Notes under the pieces: generated by a model | What the model was told of the DNA's origin: nothing | Database searches by the model: none | Seen by the model: the letters and a program-made list of their open reading frames with translations, nothing else | Shown: in pieces, positions 51,275 to 61,195 of the stretch | How positions within the stretch are numbered: position 1 is the stretch's first letter | Layout: each line of letters opens with the position of its first letter | Program-made: the position numbers and the translations under genes | DNA from: Chloropicon primus | Lineage: Eukaryota | DNA: 64,000 nucleotides | Assembly: GCA_023205875.1 (NCBI GenBank) | Contig: CP060754.1 | Location: 248,001-312,000, forward strand | Direction of reading: 5' to 3'

Positions 51275-51326
51275 TCAAAGTACAATACACCACAGAATAT
51301 ATATAGAATTGTGTACAAAAGAATTA

Positions 51327-54289
51327 TTACGAAGTGACACCCTTCAAAACCCCGAGGATCATATCCGAAGGCAGTGACGACCCGAGCATCGGGTAGCACT
51401 CTTTCAGATTGCTCGCCATACTCTCAAAGCTTGTCTTGATTTCCCTGAAAACTTCCCTCAGCACCTGCTTGAACAAGATTTGGTCGTTCTTGAAGTGCTT
51501 TTGAATCCTGTTCCTTATCGCAACAGCCTGATTTTTGACGGAATCCGCATCCTTTGGAATGGAAGATATTGCTTTCAGGACGTCCTGGGGGGTGAAGCCG
51601 TACTGAAAACTAATGTCACTAGGAGGAATGTCTTTCCTCAGCTTCTCGAGCCTGAACAGGAACTTGAAGACGCTGGCAAATGCACTCCACTCAAGCAGAT
51701 CCATGATGTACCTCTGCTTGGCCGCTTCCTTCCTCTTCGAGGCTATCTCAAAGAACTTGGACAGGCGTGGCAGCGACGTTTGAAATGACGCAATGGAGCT
51801 GCAGTAAAACTCGTAATTTTCTATGCGCAGCCTGTCTGCGTGGCAGGACTTCATCTCCATGGAGAGCAAGTCTTCCAAAGCGTGGAAACTCTTCTCAGAG
51901 TACTTGCAGTAAGATGCCTCTATCAGCTCGGCCGAAAGCTTGTAGATTGTGGGCTCCGCGGAAGAAGTCTGCGGAAAGTTAGCAACTTCTTCTGCCTGCT
52001 GAGACAGGCGCTCAACGTGCTCGACTATCCTTGGGAATTTCAAAAAGTACTGAAGAATCCAAATGCCCTTCACAGACTTTCCTTGCAGCAGCTTGAAAAC
52101 ATTGGGATTCTGTATCGTGCTCATGTGGTTCTCCATGTAGGTATTGAAAGTGGACACCGTGATCGCTTGGATCTCTTGGAGCCACTGCACGGTCTGGAAG
52201 TACTCTTCACGACCCTGCATTCTGTAGATCCAAGACGTGATCAATTTCATGAACGGGATCGAGAAAGCATGATCCAACTTCAGGGCTTGGTTGATGAAGT
52301 CAAAGATTACGCCCGAGATGTCCTTGAGCAGGACCTTGATGGTCGACTTGATCGCGTCTTTGTCCGACCACTCGATGTCCCAATCTGCATCCAGCTCTTC
52401 CTCGAGCCACCTCCCAACGTCATCCCTGTCTTTGCTGAAGAAACAAATCCCGCAGAAGGTGCAGTCCTTGCAAATTTTGGGCATAATCTGATCAAGAATA
52501 TGCGCAAAGAGTTCCGGTATTTCCTCGTTTGGCTTTTCCAAGCTGGTTATCTTGCTCTGCCTTGTCTTTTGCTTTGCCCCGAAATTCATGTTCGCAATGT
52601 TTGAGATCGAGGACCTTGACCCGCTCTCTCCCTCCTCCGCCACCCCCTCGGCGGACGCCAACCTCTGCAGGACTTGGATCGGCCTCTCACAAATAAGCTT
52701 GACGTACCTGTCGATAAGCCTGTTGACGTTGCGCGCGTAGTGCTGCGCTAGACTTTCTGCCGCGCTGGAATCAAACATGATCAGCACATCGATGAGACCG
52801 ATGTAGGACTTGCACGTGTTGTGAAGTTCTTGAATGGCTCTGTTCACAATCTGCTTGACAGCTCTGGAACTGAAGGACTGGGGGTCGCTCATCGCACCGC
52901 TCAAGTTGCCAAGGGCCCCGTTCACACTCTTCGCAAACAACGAAATGAGGAAGGCTTTCGCGCTCGACATCCAAGTGTTCTTCAAACGCTTCAGTTCCGA
53001 CTTTTTTTCCTTGACCGCTCTCATGGAAAGAAATTCGCTGGGGAGGGCCTCCACCTCCTCGTCCTCTTCGCCGTCCGCCGGCACGTCATCGAAGCTGCAA
53101 AGCAGGTTGTGAAGCTTCCTCGCCGCGTTGACTGCCAGGTCAAGGTTGCTCTCGTTGAAGTTCGTGATGATAATGTTTTGCAGCGTGACGTCATCCAGCA
53201 CCAGTCCTTGCTGAAGGCCCTGCAACTCCTTCAGCAAAGCAGAGTTGTTCTCGGACTTTGTCTCCAGGGCGTTGTTCCTCTCCTCTATCGTGGATATGTC
53301 GATCCTCATGTGCGTCAACTTCGTGTTGAAGACGCTGAGCCACTCCTCCAAGTCGTCCACGTACTCCAGCGTGTCGTTCACTCGGCCCACCACTCCATCG
53401 ACTTCCTGGACGTTCGACAGGATCGCGTGGATGTTCGAGGAGTCCAGGTCGAACAGCTGCGCCTGCAGGAACCCCTCAAGGCCCTTGAGATTGCTCAGAG
53501 AAAATTTTGACTCCTCGATGAACGCCTCAAGGTCGCACACGTCCTTGATTTCCTCCTCCTTTTTGGTGTCCACGAGCGCGTCCTGGAAGGCGTGGCTCTC
53601 TTCCCCGTTGACGATGGCGCTGGACTCGCTTTTGGCTTGCCTCCATACCGCGACGACGGTCGCCGGATCGAAGTCCACGCAGTCAATCCTCTTCTTGCTC
53701 GCCTTTTGGTTGTACACCAGCACGCACCCCAGGAAAGCGCTTCGCTCGGAGGCGGAGTCGAACACGAACGTCTCAGTCCCAGAGCCCGTGAACGATATGG
53801 TCACCTGGGGTTTGAAGTCTGTCCTCGCCTTGCTCAGCGTCCGCAGCGACGTAACCTGCTTGACCTTCCAAGACTCGCGAATCTGAGAGAGAGAGAGAGA
53901 GAGAGAGAGAAGAGAGAGAAGAGAGAGAGAAGAGAGAGAGAGGGGGGGAAAAGTCAGAATCCTGTCGAAACGTCCTCGACATTGCTGCTGCTGCTCACCT
54001 GAGGAGGCTCGTTCGTCGAGAACTTGATCGTCGATATCCTGCACTTGAAGCCGTTGTTCTCGGGCTTGAGCGAGACGCACAAAACCTTGGCCTTCAGGAG
54101 CACCTTGCTCGAGAACTGCTTGTGTGTTATCGTGTGCGCCCGGAACGCCCCAACCACCTGTGTCGCGGACTTGCTCTCCCGAAAGCAAGCCCTGACCTTC
54201 TCCACGAGCTCCTCGTCCAGCTTGAAACACGCCGCCGAAGGCGACGAAGACGTGGACACCACCTGCCCCTCCTGACGCTCCGTCCCCAT
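51327..54289 (-). CDS. SEC3: Exocyst complex component SEC3; complement(join(51327..53882,53999..54289))
   Basis: N-terminal PH-like part, then LDSSNIHAIL....VD.V.......VDDLEEWLSVFNTKLTHMR.DI..IE.RNN.LE....NN.ALL.EL, MRAVKEK..EL, IENY..Y, RIQKHF. GTGAGC..CAG intron, phase 0, with a (CT)n tract. Confidence 0.9.
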
Positions 54290-54486
54290 CCTCTCCTCTG
54301 TCCCTCCTCCAGGGGTCCTGAAATCTCTCCCGGATATTTCCGAGGGGAATTCAGATCAATATGGAGGTGACGACAAGTGTCGCTGCAGAGCTCCTGCAGA
54401 GGAGGTGACGACACAGCTGTCGCTGCAGGAGCTCCCCCCTCTCTCTCAGTTTGATCGCCAGTCCTTTCGACGGTCGTGGCCCCACG

Positions 54487-55332
54487 ATGATGATCGACGA
54501 GGGCGTGGAGGTGGCGAGAGGGCTAGAGGTGCCGCCAGCGATCGCCGTGGCCCCGCTGCGGGCGTTGAGGGATGTGGAGGCGAGGGAGGAGCTCCGATCG
54601 TGGCTGAGTGGCGCGAGGGGGAGGGTGATAGAGGCCTTCGAGGCCCTGGCGTACCTGACCCCCGAGGCCTTGTTGGATCGAGCGAGGGCGTCTGAGGAGC
54701 TCCGAGCGCAGTTGGCGCTCGAAGAAAGGTTCTCTCTCGAGGATCGGAGCGGTCGTCCTTCCTCGAACGCGATCGTCGACGACGTCTTGCAGGACGTCTT
54801 GCACGTCTGTGAGGCCCACGCCCTTTCAATGCACGTGGGGTGCACGGTCACGGTGGCTCTCCACCGATCCACGACGTGTCCGCTGCTCCACCAGGACAAC
54901 GTCGAGCAGAGGGCGATCTGCACTCTGCTCGGTAGGGGGACCGAGTGGCTCTCCGAACCCGAGTTGCCCAAGACCGCGGCGATCATCGAAGCCGTGAACG
55001 CCGCGCAGGACCAGGAGGACTACGCATGCGCCAGGGCTCACAAGAAGAAGCTGGAGGCCACTGCCGCCTTTGCTGCGGCCGGGGAGCGAGAGACGGTCCT
55101 CATCCGGGGCTGCAAGTGGCCCGGCGCCGAGAGGCAGGCGCCCTTGCACAGGTCCCCGCACCTCGCGAGAAACGGCAAGCAGTTCAGACTGGTCGTGAAA
55201 GTGGATTCCGGCAGGGGTCTCCCAGGCCAGATGCAGAGAAGGATGCGCCTGGACCCCCAGCGGGTTCCCCTCCCGGCGTGCGGCGTGCTCGCCGAGCGCA
55301 TGGGAAAGATGAACTTGCTCAAAACGTTTTGA
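54487..55332 (+). CDS. DUF1826-family protein (bacterial-type, HxD...H jelly-roll-like)
   Basis: CPLLHQDNVEQRAICTLLGRGTEWL and G.KW.G......LHRSP......RLVVKVD match the DUF1826 motifs. The start is uncertain. Confidence 0.72.
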   Translation: MMIDEGVEVARGLEVPPAIAVAPLRALRDVEAREELRSWLSGARGRVIEAFEALAYLTPEALLDRARASEELRAQLALEERFSLEDRSGRPSSNAIVDDVLQDVLHVCEAHALSMHVGCTVTVALHRSTTCPLLHQDNVEQRAICTLLGRGTEWLSEPELPKTAAIIEAVNAAQDQEDYACARAHKKKLEATAAFAAAGERETVLIRGCKWPGAERQAPLHRSPHLARNGKQFRLVVKVDSGRGLPGQMQRRMRLDPQRVPLPACGVLAERMGKMNLLKTF

Positions 55333-55405
55333 CAAAAAAAATAAAGCTGTATACAACACACACACACATATATATACACACACTCTAGAAAATCTTAGTT
55401 CTTCG

Positions 55406-56779
55406 TCATGGCAGGACTGGGTCACTTGTCTCGTTCGAGAAGGAGGCCACCGAGGGGTTCGAGCCCGCGGGCAGGATGTGCTGGGCCCAAAACCGATTCC
55501 CGTAAAAGTTTCTGATCTTGTCGGTCACAATCTGACGCATCCAGCCCACGACGGCCATCCCGTTATGGAAAGCTGAAGCCATGCGCAGGGCCACCCTCAC
55601 GCCAAACGACTTTACCAGGCTGCTCGTCGACTCGTGCTCCGGAAGGTAAATCGCGAAGCTGTCCACGTCGGAGAAGTTCGAAGGGGAAAGCTGCCAAATG
55701 ACCGTCCCGGCCCCGTAGCCCCCGCCGATGTGATCGTCGTGCATCTTGCGCAGCACGACTTCCAGGTACTCGTCCCTCCCCTCGCCCTTCTTTCCCACCT
55801 CCTCCAAGAGAATTGGTTTCCTGAGTCCCGAGGTCAGGTGGGCTTGCACGTAGTCCTCCGAGAACCTCAGCGCGCAGTCCATCTCGCACGAGTTGAGGTA
55901 CAGGTCAGCGTAGAGGTGAAAGACACCGAAATCGATGTCGGGGATGTCGTGGTTTCGCACAAAGTCAACGCCGTGGGCGCTCGCCCAGCTCCCAGGGTTG
56001 TACCGAGTCAGGTCGGGCGTGGACTTGCCGAAGAAACCCTCGCTCCCGCTGGTCACTAGGTGCTTCTTATCGATGCTCTTGACGAAGCCCGCCATCTCCT
56101 CGATCCACGCCTGGAGCGCCGGCGCGCTCTCCGCCCTCGGCTCGTTGATCAGGTCCCACCCAAAAATGTAGTCGTCGTCCTTGTAGGCGATCCCGGTGTA
56201 CACGTTCCTCCTCTCCAGGACCGCTGCCACGAAGTTCTTGTACAAGCGTCTGCACTCAACGCTGGAGTAGAACGCGTCGGGGCCAAATGATGATGACCCG
56301 CCCTGCTGCGAGGCGTTCGCCGACGCCTTTGCCCACTGCACGTACTGATTCGTCCCGCCGTACTCGTTCCAGTGGTTTGTCAGGGACAGAAGCACCCTGA
56401 TCTTGTGCCTGCGGCTCTCGTGCAGCACGTAGTCCAGGGCTCGGAACACCTTCTCGTCGAAGACCCCGGGGTAGAGCTGCAGGGAGTTCCACTGCGAGTG
56501 CCCGTCGTTGAAAGCCCACATCCGCATCACGTTGAAGCCGTGCAGCTCAGCGTCCCCAAGGACCTCCAGGATCTTGCCCCTTCCGCTCTCGTCCGCGGCG
56601 TGGGTCATCATCTGCGGCTGGTTGAACCCGTGGACGTAGAAGTCTTTCCCGTCGAGGGAGAAGGAGGTCCCGTCCTTCGAGATCTCGACGTAGCGCTTCA
56701 ATGATTCCGCGGAGCTTGCGCGAGCGAGGAGGAGAAGGGTCCACCACCAAGCGAGTCGTCCCCGGCTCGCGGCCGTCAT
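55406..56779 (-). CDS. GH5 (subfamily 7-like) endo-beta-1,4-mannanase, secreted
   Basis: Signal peptide (MTAASRGRLAWWWTLLLLARASSA), RMWAFNDG, LTNHWNEYGG..QYVQWA, YKDD..IFGWDLINEPR (acid/base E), GSEGFFG, HLYAD, KPILLEEVG (nucleophile E). Confidence 0.9.
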   Translation of the reverse strand: MTAASRGRLAWWWTLLLLARASSAESLKRYVEISKDGTSFSLDGKDFYVHGFNQPQMMTHAADESGRGKILEVLGDAELHGFNVMRMWAFNDGHSQWNSLQLYPGVFDEKVFRALDYVLHESRRHKIRVLLSLTNHWNEYGGTNQYVQWAKASANASQQGGSSSFGPDAFYSSVECRRLYKNFVAAVLERRNVYTGIAYKDDDYIFGWDLINEPRAESAPALQAWIEEMAGFVKSIDKKHLVTSGSEGFFGKSTPDLTRYNPGSWASAHGVDFVRNHDIPDIDFGVFHLYADLYLNSCEMDCALRFSEDYVQAHLTSGLRKPILLEEVGKKGEGRDEYLEVVLRKMHDDHIGGGYGAGTVIWQLSPSNFSDVDSFAIYLPEHESTSSLVKSFGVRVALRMASAFHNGMAVVGWMRQIVTDKIRNFYGNRFWAQHILPAGSNPSVASFSNETSDPVLP

Positions 56780-57067
56780 CGCGACCGCGTCGAACACGGA
56801 GGGGATTGTTGATTGTTGTATTTCGTAACGCCCCCCGCTCGGTTTCGTTGACTTGACCCACTGACCCACCCCCAGAGTGACCCACCCCCAGAGTTCAATT
56901 GCATCTGGAAAATGGGAAAATGTAATATCGAAAATTGATTCTTGGAGATCCACATGGTCAAAGGGGCGCCCTGGGGGCCTATGATACACACACACACACA
57001 CATATAGATTCGTCCGTATATTCATAACGTATATTATTCATATAATTAAGCCAGCACTACCATTGCT

Positions 57068-59095
57068 TTACCCCGAATATTTTACATCGATGTGCTCCCG
57101 GTACAGTTGCTTCAGGTCGGCCAGGTCCCCGTGGAGGTGCTCGATGTCCTCCTCCTTCTCCCCCACGAGCTCCAGAGCCATGGCCAGCTTGGCCTTAACG
57201 GCCAGCACGTCCTTGCTCCCGCTCTCGAGCTCCACCAGCCTCTTCTGACTCGCGTTCAGGAGCCTCGTCTTCGCCACGAGGTCCTCCTCGAGCTTCCTGG
57301 CCACCAGCTCGAGCCCCTCCACGTTCTTGATGTTTCCGAACGAGGTGAGGTCGGCGGCCTCCCCGGAGGCCGCCGGCAGCGGTGCCGCGACGTCGGGCTC
57401 CAGGGCGTGCAGGTCCCCGAGGCTCCCGTTGGTCTCAGCCAGCCTGCCGCTGGTCTCCGCTGCCATCTGCTTCGCTTGCCGCCTCACGCTCCTCTCGAAC
57501 TCCTTCTCGAGCTTCTTGATCTCGATCTCCAGGCCCTCCCTCTTCCACTTCTCCTCCAGCAGCTGCGCTTGGAGCTGCTCCGACTTGCTCAAGGCGGCTC
57601 GGTAGGACGCCTCGTCCAAGTCGGGCTCCGCCTTGCCGGCGCTCGCCTGGGGATTCCTCGCCTGGCCCCGAGCGCCCGCCACCCGGTCCCTCGCCTCCTC
57701 CACCTGGGCCAAGAGCTCCTCCTTCTCCTGGGCGAGGACCCTCAGCTTGTCCGCTCCATCCTTCAGCAGCCGCTGCTGCGCGGTCCCCTGCCTCTGGTAC
57801 TGCCTCACCTGGCTCTCCAGGTCCTTGACTTTTGTGGACAATGTCTTCTCGACGCTCGACCACGTGTCCTCCTTGGAAGCCAGCTCCGCCCGAAGCTGCT
57901 CAATTTGGTCCACGAGGGGCTTCGTCGCCTCCGGCACGTTCACCGCGATGTCAGCGTATTGCATCTCCCTCTCATGCAACCGCAGGGTGGACTCCCTCAG
58001 GTCCATCCTGAGCCGTTCGACGTTCTCCATGGCCTTCACCTCGGTCTGGGACTGGAGCTCCTGAAGCTCCTGAATCCTGCTCTGGTAGGACTGGAGCTGA
58101 GCTTCCATGGTCTCCGAGCTGGACTTCAAGCTCTTGTTCTCGTTTTCCAGGGACACAATCTGCTTGTACACCTCTTCCACGTCCCCAAGCCCCTTGTCCG
58201 CCGCCTTCTTCTGCTCCCCCTCGAGCTCCTTCAACCTTGCCCTCAGCTTCTTGATCGTCTGCTCTGCTTCGTGTTGCCTCCTGGACAGATTCTCGCCCTC
58301 CTCCAATATCTCTTGAACTTCCTTCTCCTTCTTCCGAAGCTTGGCCATGGCGTTGGACCTATCGGACTTCTCCTGCCTCGCCTTCTTCCTCTCCTCCTCG
58401 AGCTCGGCTATCCTCTTCTTCTGGGCGGCAATGTGGCTCTTCTGGTCGTCGTGCTGCTGCAAGAGCTCCGCAATCTGCTGGCTCTTCTCCAGGAGCTTGG
58501 CCTCTGCGTGCTTGACCCACTCGGGGCTTGGCTCCTCCCCGGCACTCCCTTCGGGCAGATTCCCTTCGGGCAGATTTTCCTGGTCCTCCCCTCCATCGGA
58601 GACGTCCTCGGCCTCCCGCTCCGCCTCAGGGGCAGCAGCAGCAGCAGGGGCGAAAGCAGCGGGCGCCTCTTCCCCCGCGTCACTCTTGCCGTCCACCGCC
58701 TCCTCGTGCCCCTGCTGTCCCTCACAAGCCTCATCGCCTGTGGCCTCCTCGAGGTCCTTCCCGTCCCCTGGTGCCGCCCCAGGACCCGCCCCAGGACCCG
58801 GCGCTGCCCCAGGACCCGGCGCTGCATCCTCTTGAGCCTCGGCTGGGCCCAAGTCCAAGTCCAGGTCGTCGTCGCCCCAGCCATTGGCCTCGTCGACGTC
58901 GTCGACGGCGACGTCGTCGTCGTCGTTGTGCCAATAGTTCACACGGTCTTCTCCCTTCTTCTTCTCGGGTATTCCCAAAGCCTCGTCCACTGTCTTCTCC
59001 ACATCGTCCTTTATCTTCCGTGCGGTGTCGTTCAGCTTCTTGCTGAGACTCTGGATGTCGAGCTTGCCGATCGAACTCAGGCCATTCCAGTCCAT
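57068..59095 (-). CDS. TMF1/ARA160-like golgin (golgin candidate 5)
   Basis: KEKEVQEILEEGENLSRRQ...EQTIKKLR, ATKPLVDQIEQL, and C-terminal ALELVGEKEEDIEHL..DL.DLKQLYREHI. ATG at 59095. GAAPGP repeats in the acidic linker. Confidence 0.85.
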   Translation of the reverse strand: MDWNGLSSIGKLDIQSLSKKLNDTARKIKDDVEKTVDEALGIPEKKKGEDRVNYWHNDDDDVAVDDVDEANGWGDDDLDLDLGPAEAQEDAAPGPGAAPGPGAGPGAAPGDGKDLEEATGDEACEGQQGHEEAVDGKSDAGEEAPAAFAPAAAAAPEAEREAEDVSDGGEDQENLPEGNLPEGSAGEEPSPEWVKHAEAKLLEKSQQIAELLQQHDDQKSHIAAQKKRIAELEEERKKARQEKSDRSNAMAKLRKKEKEVQEILEEGENLSRRQHEAEQTIKKLRARLKELEGEQKKAADKGLGDVEEVYKQIVSLENENKSLKSSSETMEAQLQSYQSRIQELQELQSQTEVKAMENVERLRMDLRESTLRLHEREMQYADIAVNVPEATKPLVDQIEQLRAELASKEDTWSSVEKTLSTKVKDLESQVRQYQRQGTAQQRLLKDGADKLRVLAQEKEELLAQVEEARDRVAGARGQARNPQASAGKAEPDLDEASYRAALSKSEQLQAQLLEEKWKREGLEIEIKKLEKEFERSVRRQAKQMAAETSGRLAETNGSLGDLHALEPDVAAPLPAASGEAADLTSFGNIKNVEGLELVARKLEEDLVAKTRLLNASQKRLVELESGSKDVLAVKAKLAMALELVGEKEEDIEHLHGDLADLKQLYREHIDVKYSG

Positions 59096-59280
59096 GGCTC
59101 CCTCCTCCCTCCCCTCACCCCCTCCACCGACACCGACAACTACTGAAGTCAGGACGTCAGAGGAGCCTCTCGTTATTTTGCTGCAAAACCGAAACGGAAG
59201 TGAAGAAAGGGAAAGAGGGCCCAACGCAGTGCAAAGGATGGAGAAGGAGACTTGAGTGGGACTAGGGTGAACGAAAAGAA

Positions 59281-60890
59281 TCAGTTCAAGAGCATCTGGA
59301 GAGGATTCTCCATCAACTCCTTAAATTTTTGGAGCCACTTGGCTCCAACCGCACCGTCCACCACGCGGTGGTCGCAAGACAGGGTGACGCTCATGAACTT
59401 TGCCTCCTTCAGGTTGTCCGGGCCATCTTTCACCACCTCGCTTCTCAATCCCCCGACTGCCAGAATGCAGGACTGGGGAGGGTTGGCGATGGCAGCGAAG
59501 TGATCCATTCCCATCATTCCCAGGTTGGACACCGTGAAGGTGCCACCGTCCATCTCTTCCGGAGACAGGCGCATCTTCCCATCCACCCCATCCGCTGGCC
59601 TGGCCCTGGCCGCGTAGTCCTTCACGGCCCGCGATATCGCTGACACCCCCTTGAGCTGCACGTTCTTGACGACCGGCACCACGAGCCCGCCTTGGGAGTG
59701 GCCGAGGGACCCGAGGTCCATCGCCACCCCGACGTGGACGTTCTTGTGCAGCCTGATCGCGTCGCCCATCCACTCCGCGTTGCACTCCGGGACCTCCTGG
59801 CACGCCAAGGCGCAGGCCTTGACGACAAAGTCGTTCAGCGAGACCTTCCCCGCCTTCTCCGCGGTGGGGGAGGCGTTGATTTTGGACCTCAGGGACATGA
59901 GGGCATCCACCTCGCAGTCCATGGTGAGGTAGTAGTGAGGGATCGTCTGCTTGGACATGAGCAGGCGCTGGGCGATCACGCTTCGCATCTGGGAGACCGC
60001 CACGTCCTCGTACTCCTCGGGGACGAGAGAGCCGCTCGCCCCGGAGTCTTGGGCCGTTGCTGTCGTGGCAGCTGGCCTCTCCGCGGCAGGGGCGGGCGGC
60101 GCGGGGGATCCTTCCGCATGGAGCAAGTCCCCCTTCGTCACGATTCCGCGAGGTCCGGTCCCAACCACAGCACTCAAGTCGATGTTCAGCTCCCTCACAA
60201 TTCTCTGGACGGCCGGGCCGATGCGGTGGACCTTCTCCTCGTTCCTGCCCGAGGTCGTCGCCGGGGCGGCCTGGGTCTCCACCCGGCTGTCCGCCTCGGC
60301 CTCGTCCGAAGCCGCCCCAGCCTCCGTCGCGTAATTTGCAAACTTCGGAACGTCCTCCTCCTCCTCCGCCAGAATCGCGATGGGAGTGCCCACAGCAATG
60401 TCGCTCGACCCTCCCGGGACGAGAACCTTCGCCAGGAAACCTTCCTCCTGCGAGTCCATCTCCATGGTGGCCTTGTCCGTCTCTATCTCCGCGACGACGT
60501 CCCCCGCAGCCACCGAGTCACCCTGTTCCCCAACAACACGTCGGAGGCAAACCAAAAAAGTTAGCAAAAAAAAAAGCGACAGAAGAGCGACAGAAGAGGG
60601 GGGTCTTGGGAAGGGCGTGGGAGCCGCGCGTGCCCCCTCCCGTCATTCCACGCCCCCCCCCGCCTCCCAAGACCCCCTCCTGCAACACTCACCTCCGCCT
60701 TAATCCACTTGGACAAGTTCCCTTTCTCCATCGTCGGGCTCAGGGATGGCATGGTCAGCGTGTAGTGCGCCGGCCAGGACGAGAACCCTCGCGCCAGCGC
60801 GTTCCATTTCAACTCGCAAGGGGTCACACTCGTCGCTCCAAAGGCCGTTCGTAACCGGAAAACCGCCGCAGCGGCCGTTCTCGCCACCAT
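59281..60890 (-). CDS. DLAT: Mitochondrial pyruvate dehydrogenase E2 (dihydrolipoamide acetyltransferase); complement(join(59281..60522,60693..60890))
   Basis: Presequence, MPSLSPTMEKGN..KW..AE|GD..IETDKA lipoyl domain, E3-binding GTGPRG.VTKGD, GGTFTVSNLGM, TLSCDHRVVDG. GTGAGT..CAG intron, phase 0. Confidence 0.93.
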
Positions 60891-61195
60891 GACCACCACC
60901 CTCCACCAACCCTTCCGCCTTTTTGTCTTCGAGCCTCTCCTCTCCTCGGAGCTGTTTGAGACGGAGCGGGGAAATCGTCGATCGTGGCTGACAGTTGACA
61001 GCGCGGGAGGGAAGGGAGGATAGAGGGGAAAGGATAGAGGGGGGTGGGGGAAGAGTGGGACGAGGGGGAAGTGCATGACTGCGTCCCTCCACCACCTTCG
61101 CCTGATACTTTGTACGGCAAAGTTCCGTCGGTAGGTATTGGAAAGCAGGGACTAGTCTAGGAGAGGCAGAAAAAGTGGTCCTTCTGCCTGGCGTG

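Noticed and set aside
54361..54450. In-frame TGA upstream of DUF1826 as a selenocysteine or read-through codon
   Set aside because: No redox motif context and no SECIS-like element visible in the 73-nt 3' gap. The local tandem duplication explains it more simply.
7603..59146. Many long antisense or alternative-frame ORFs (e.g. 7603-9123, 30633-32123, 32187-33659, 43754-45160, 57092-59146)
   Set aside because: These are expected from high GC3 codon bias, which removes stops on the opposite strand. They have no recognisable motifs and each mirrors a well-supported gene.
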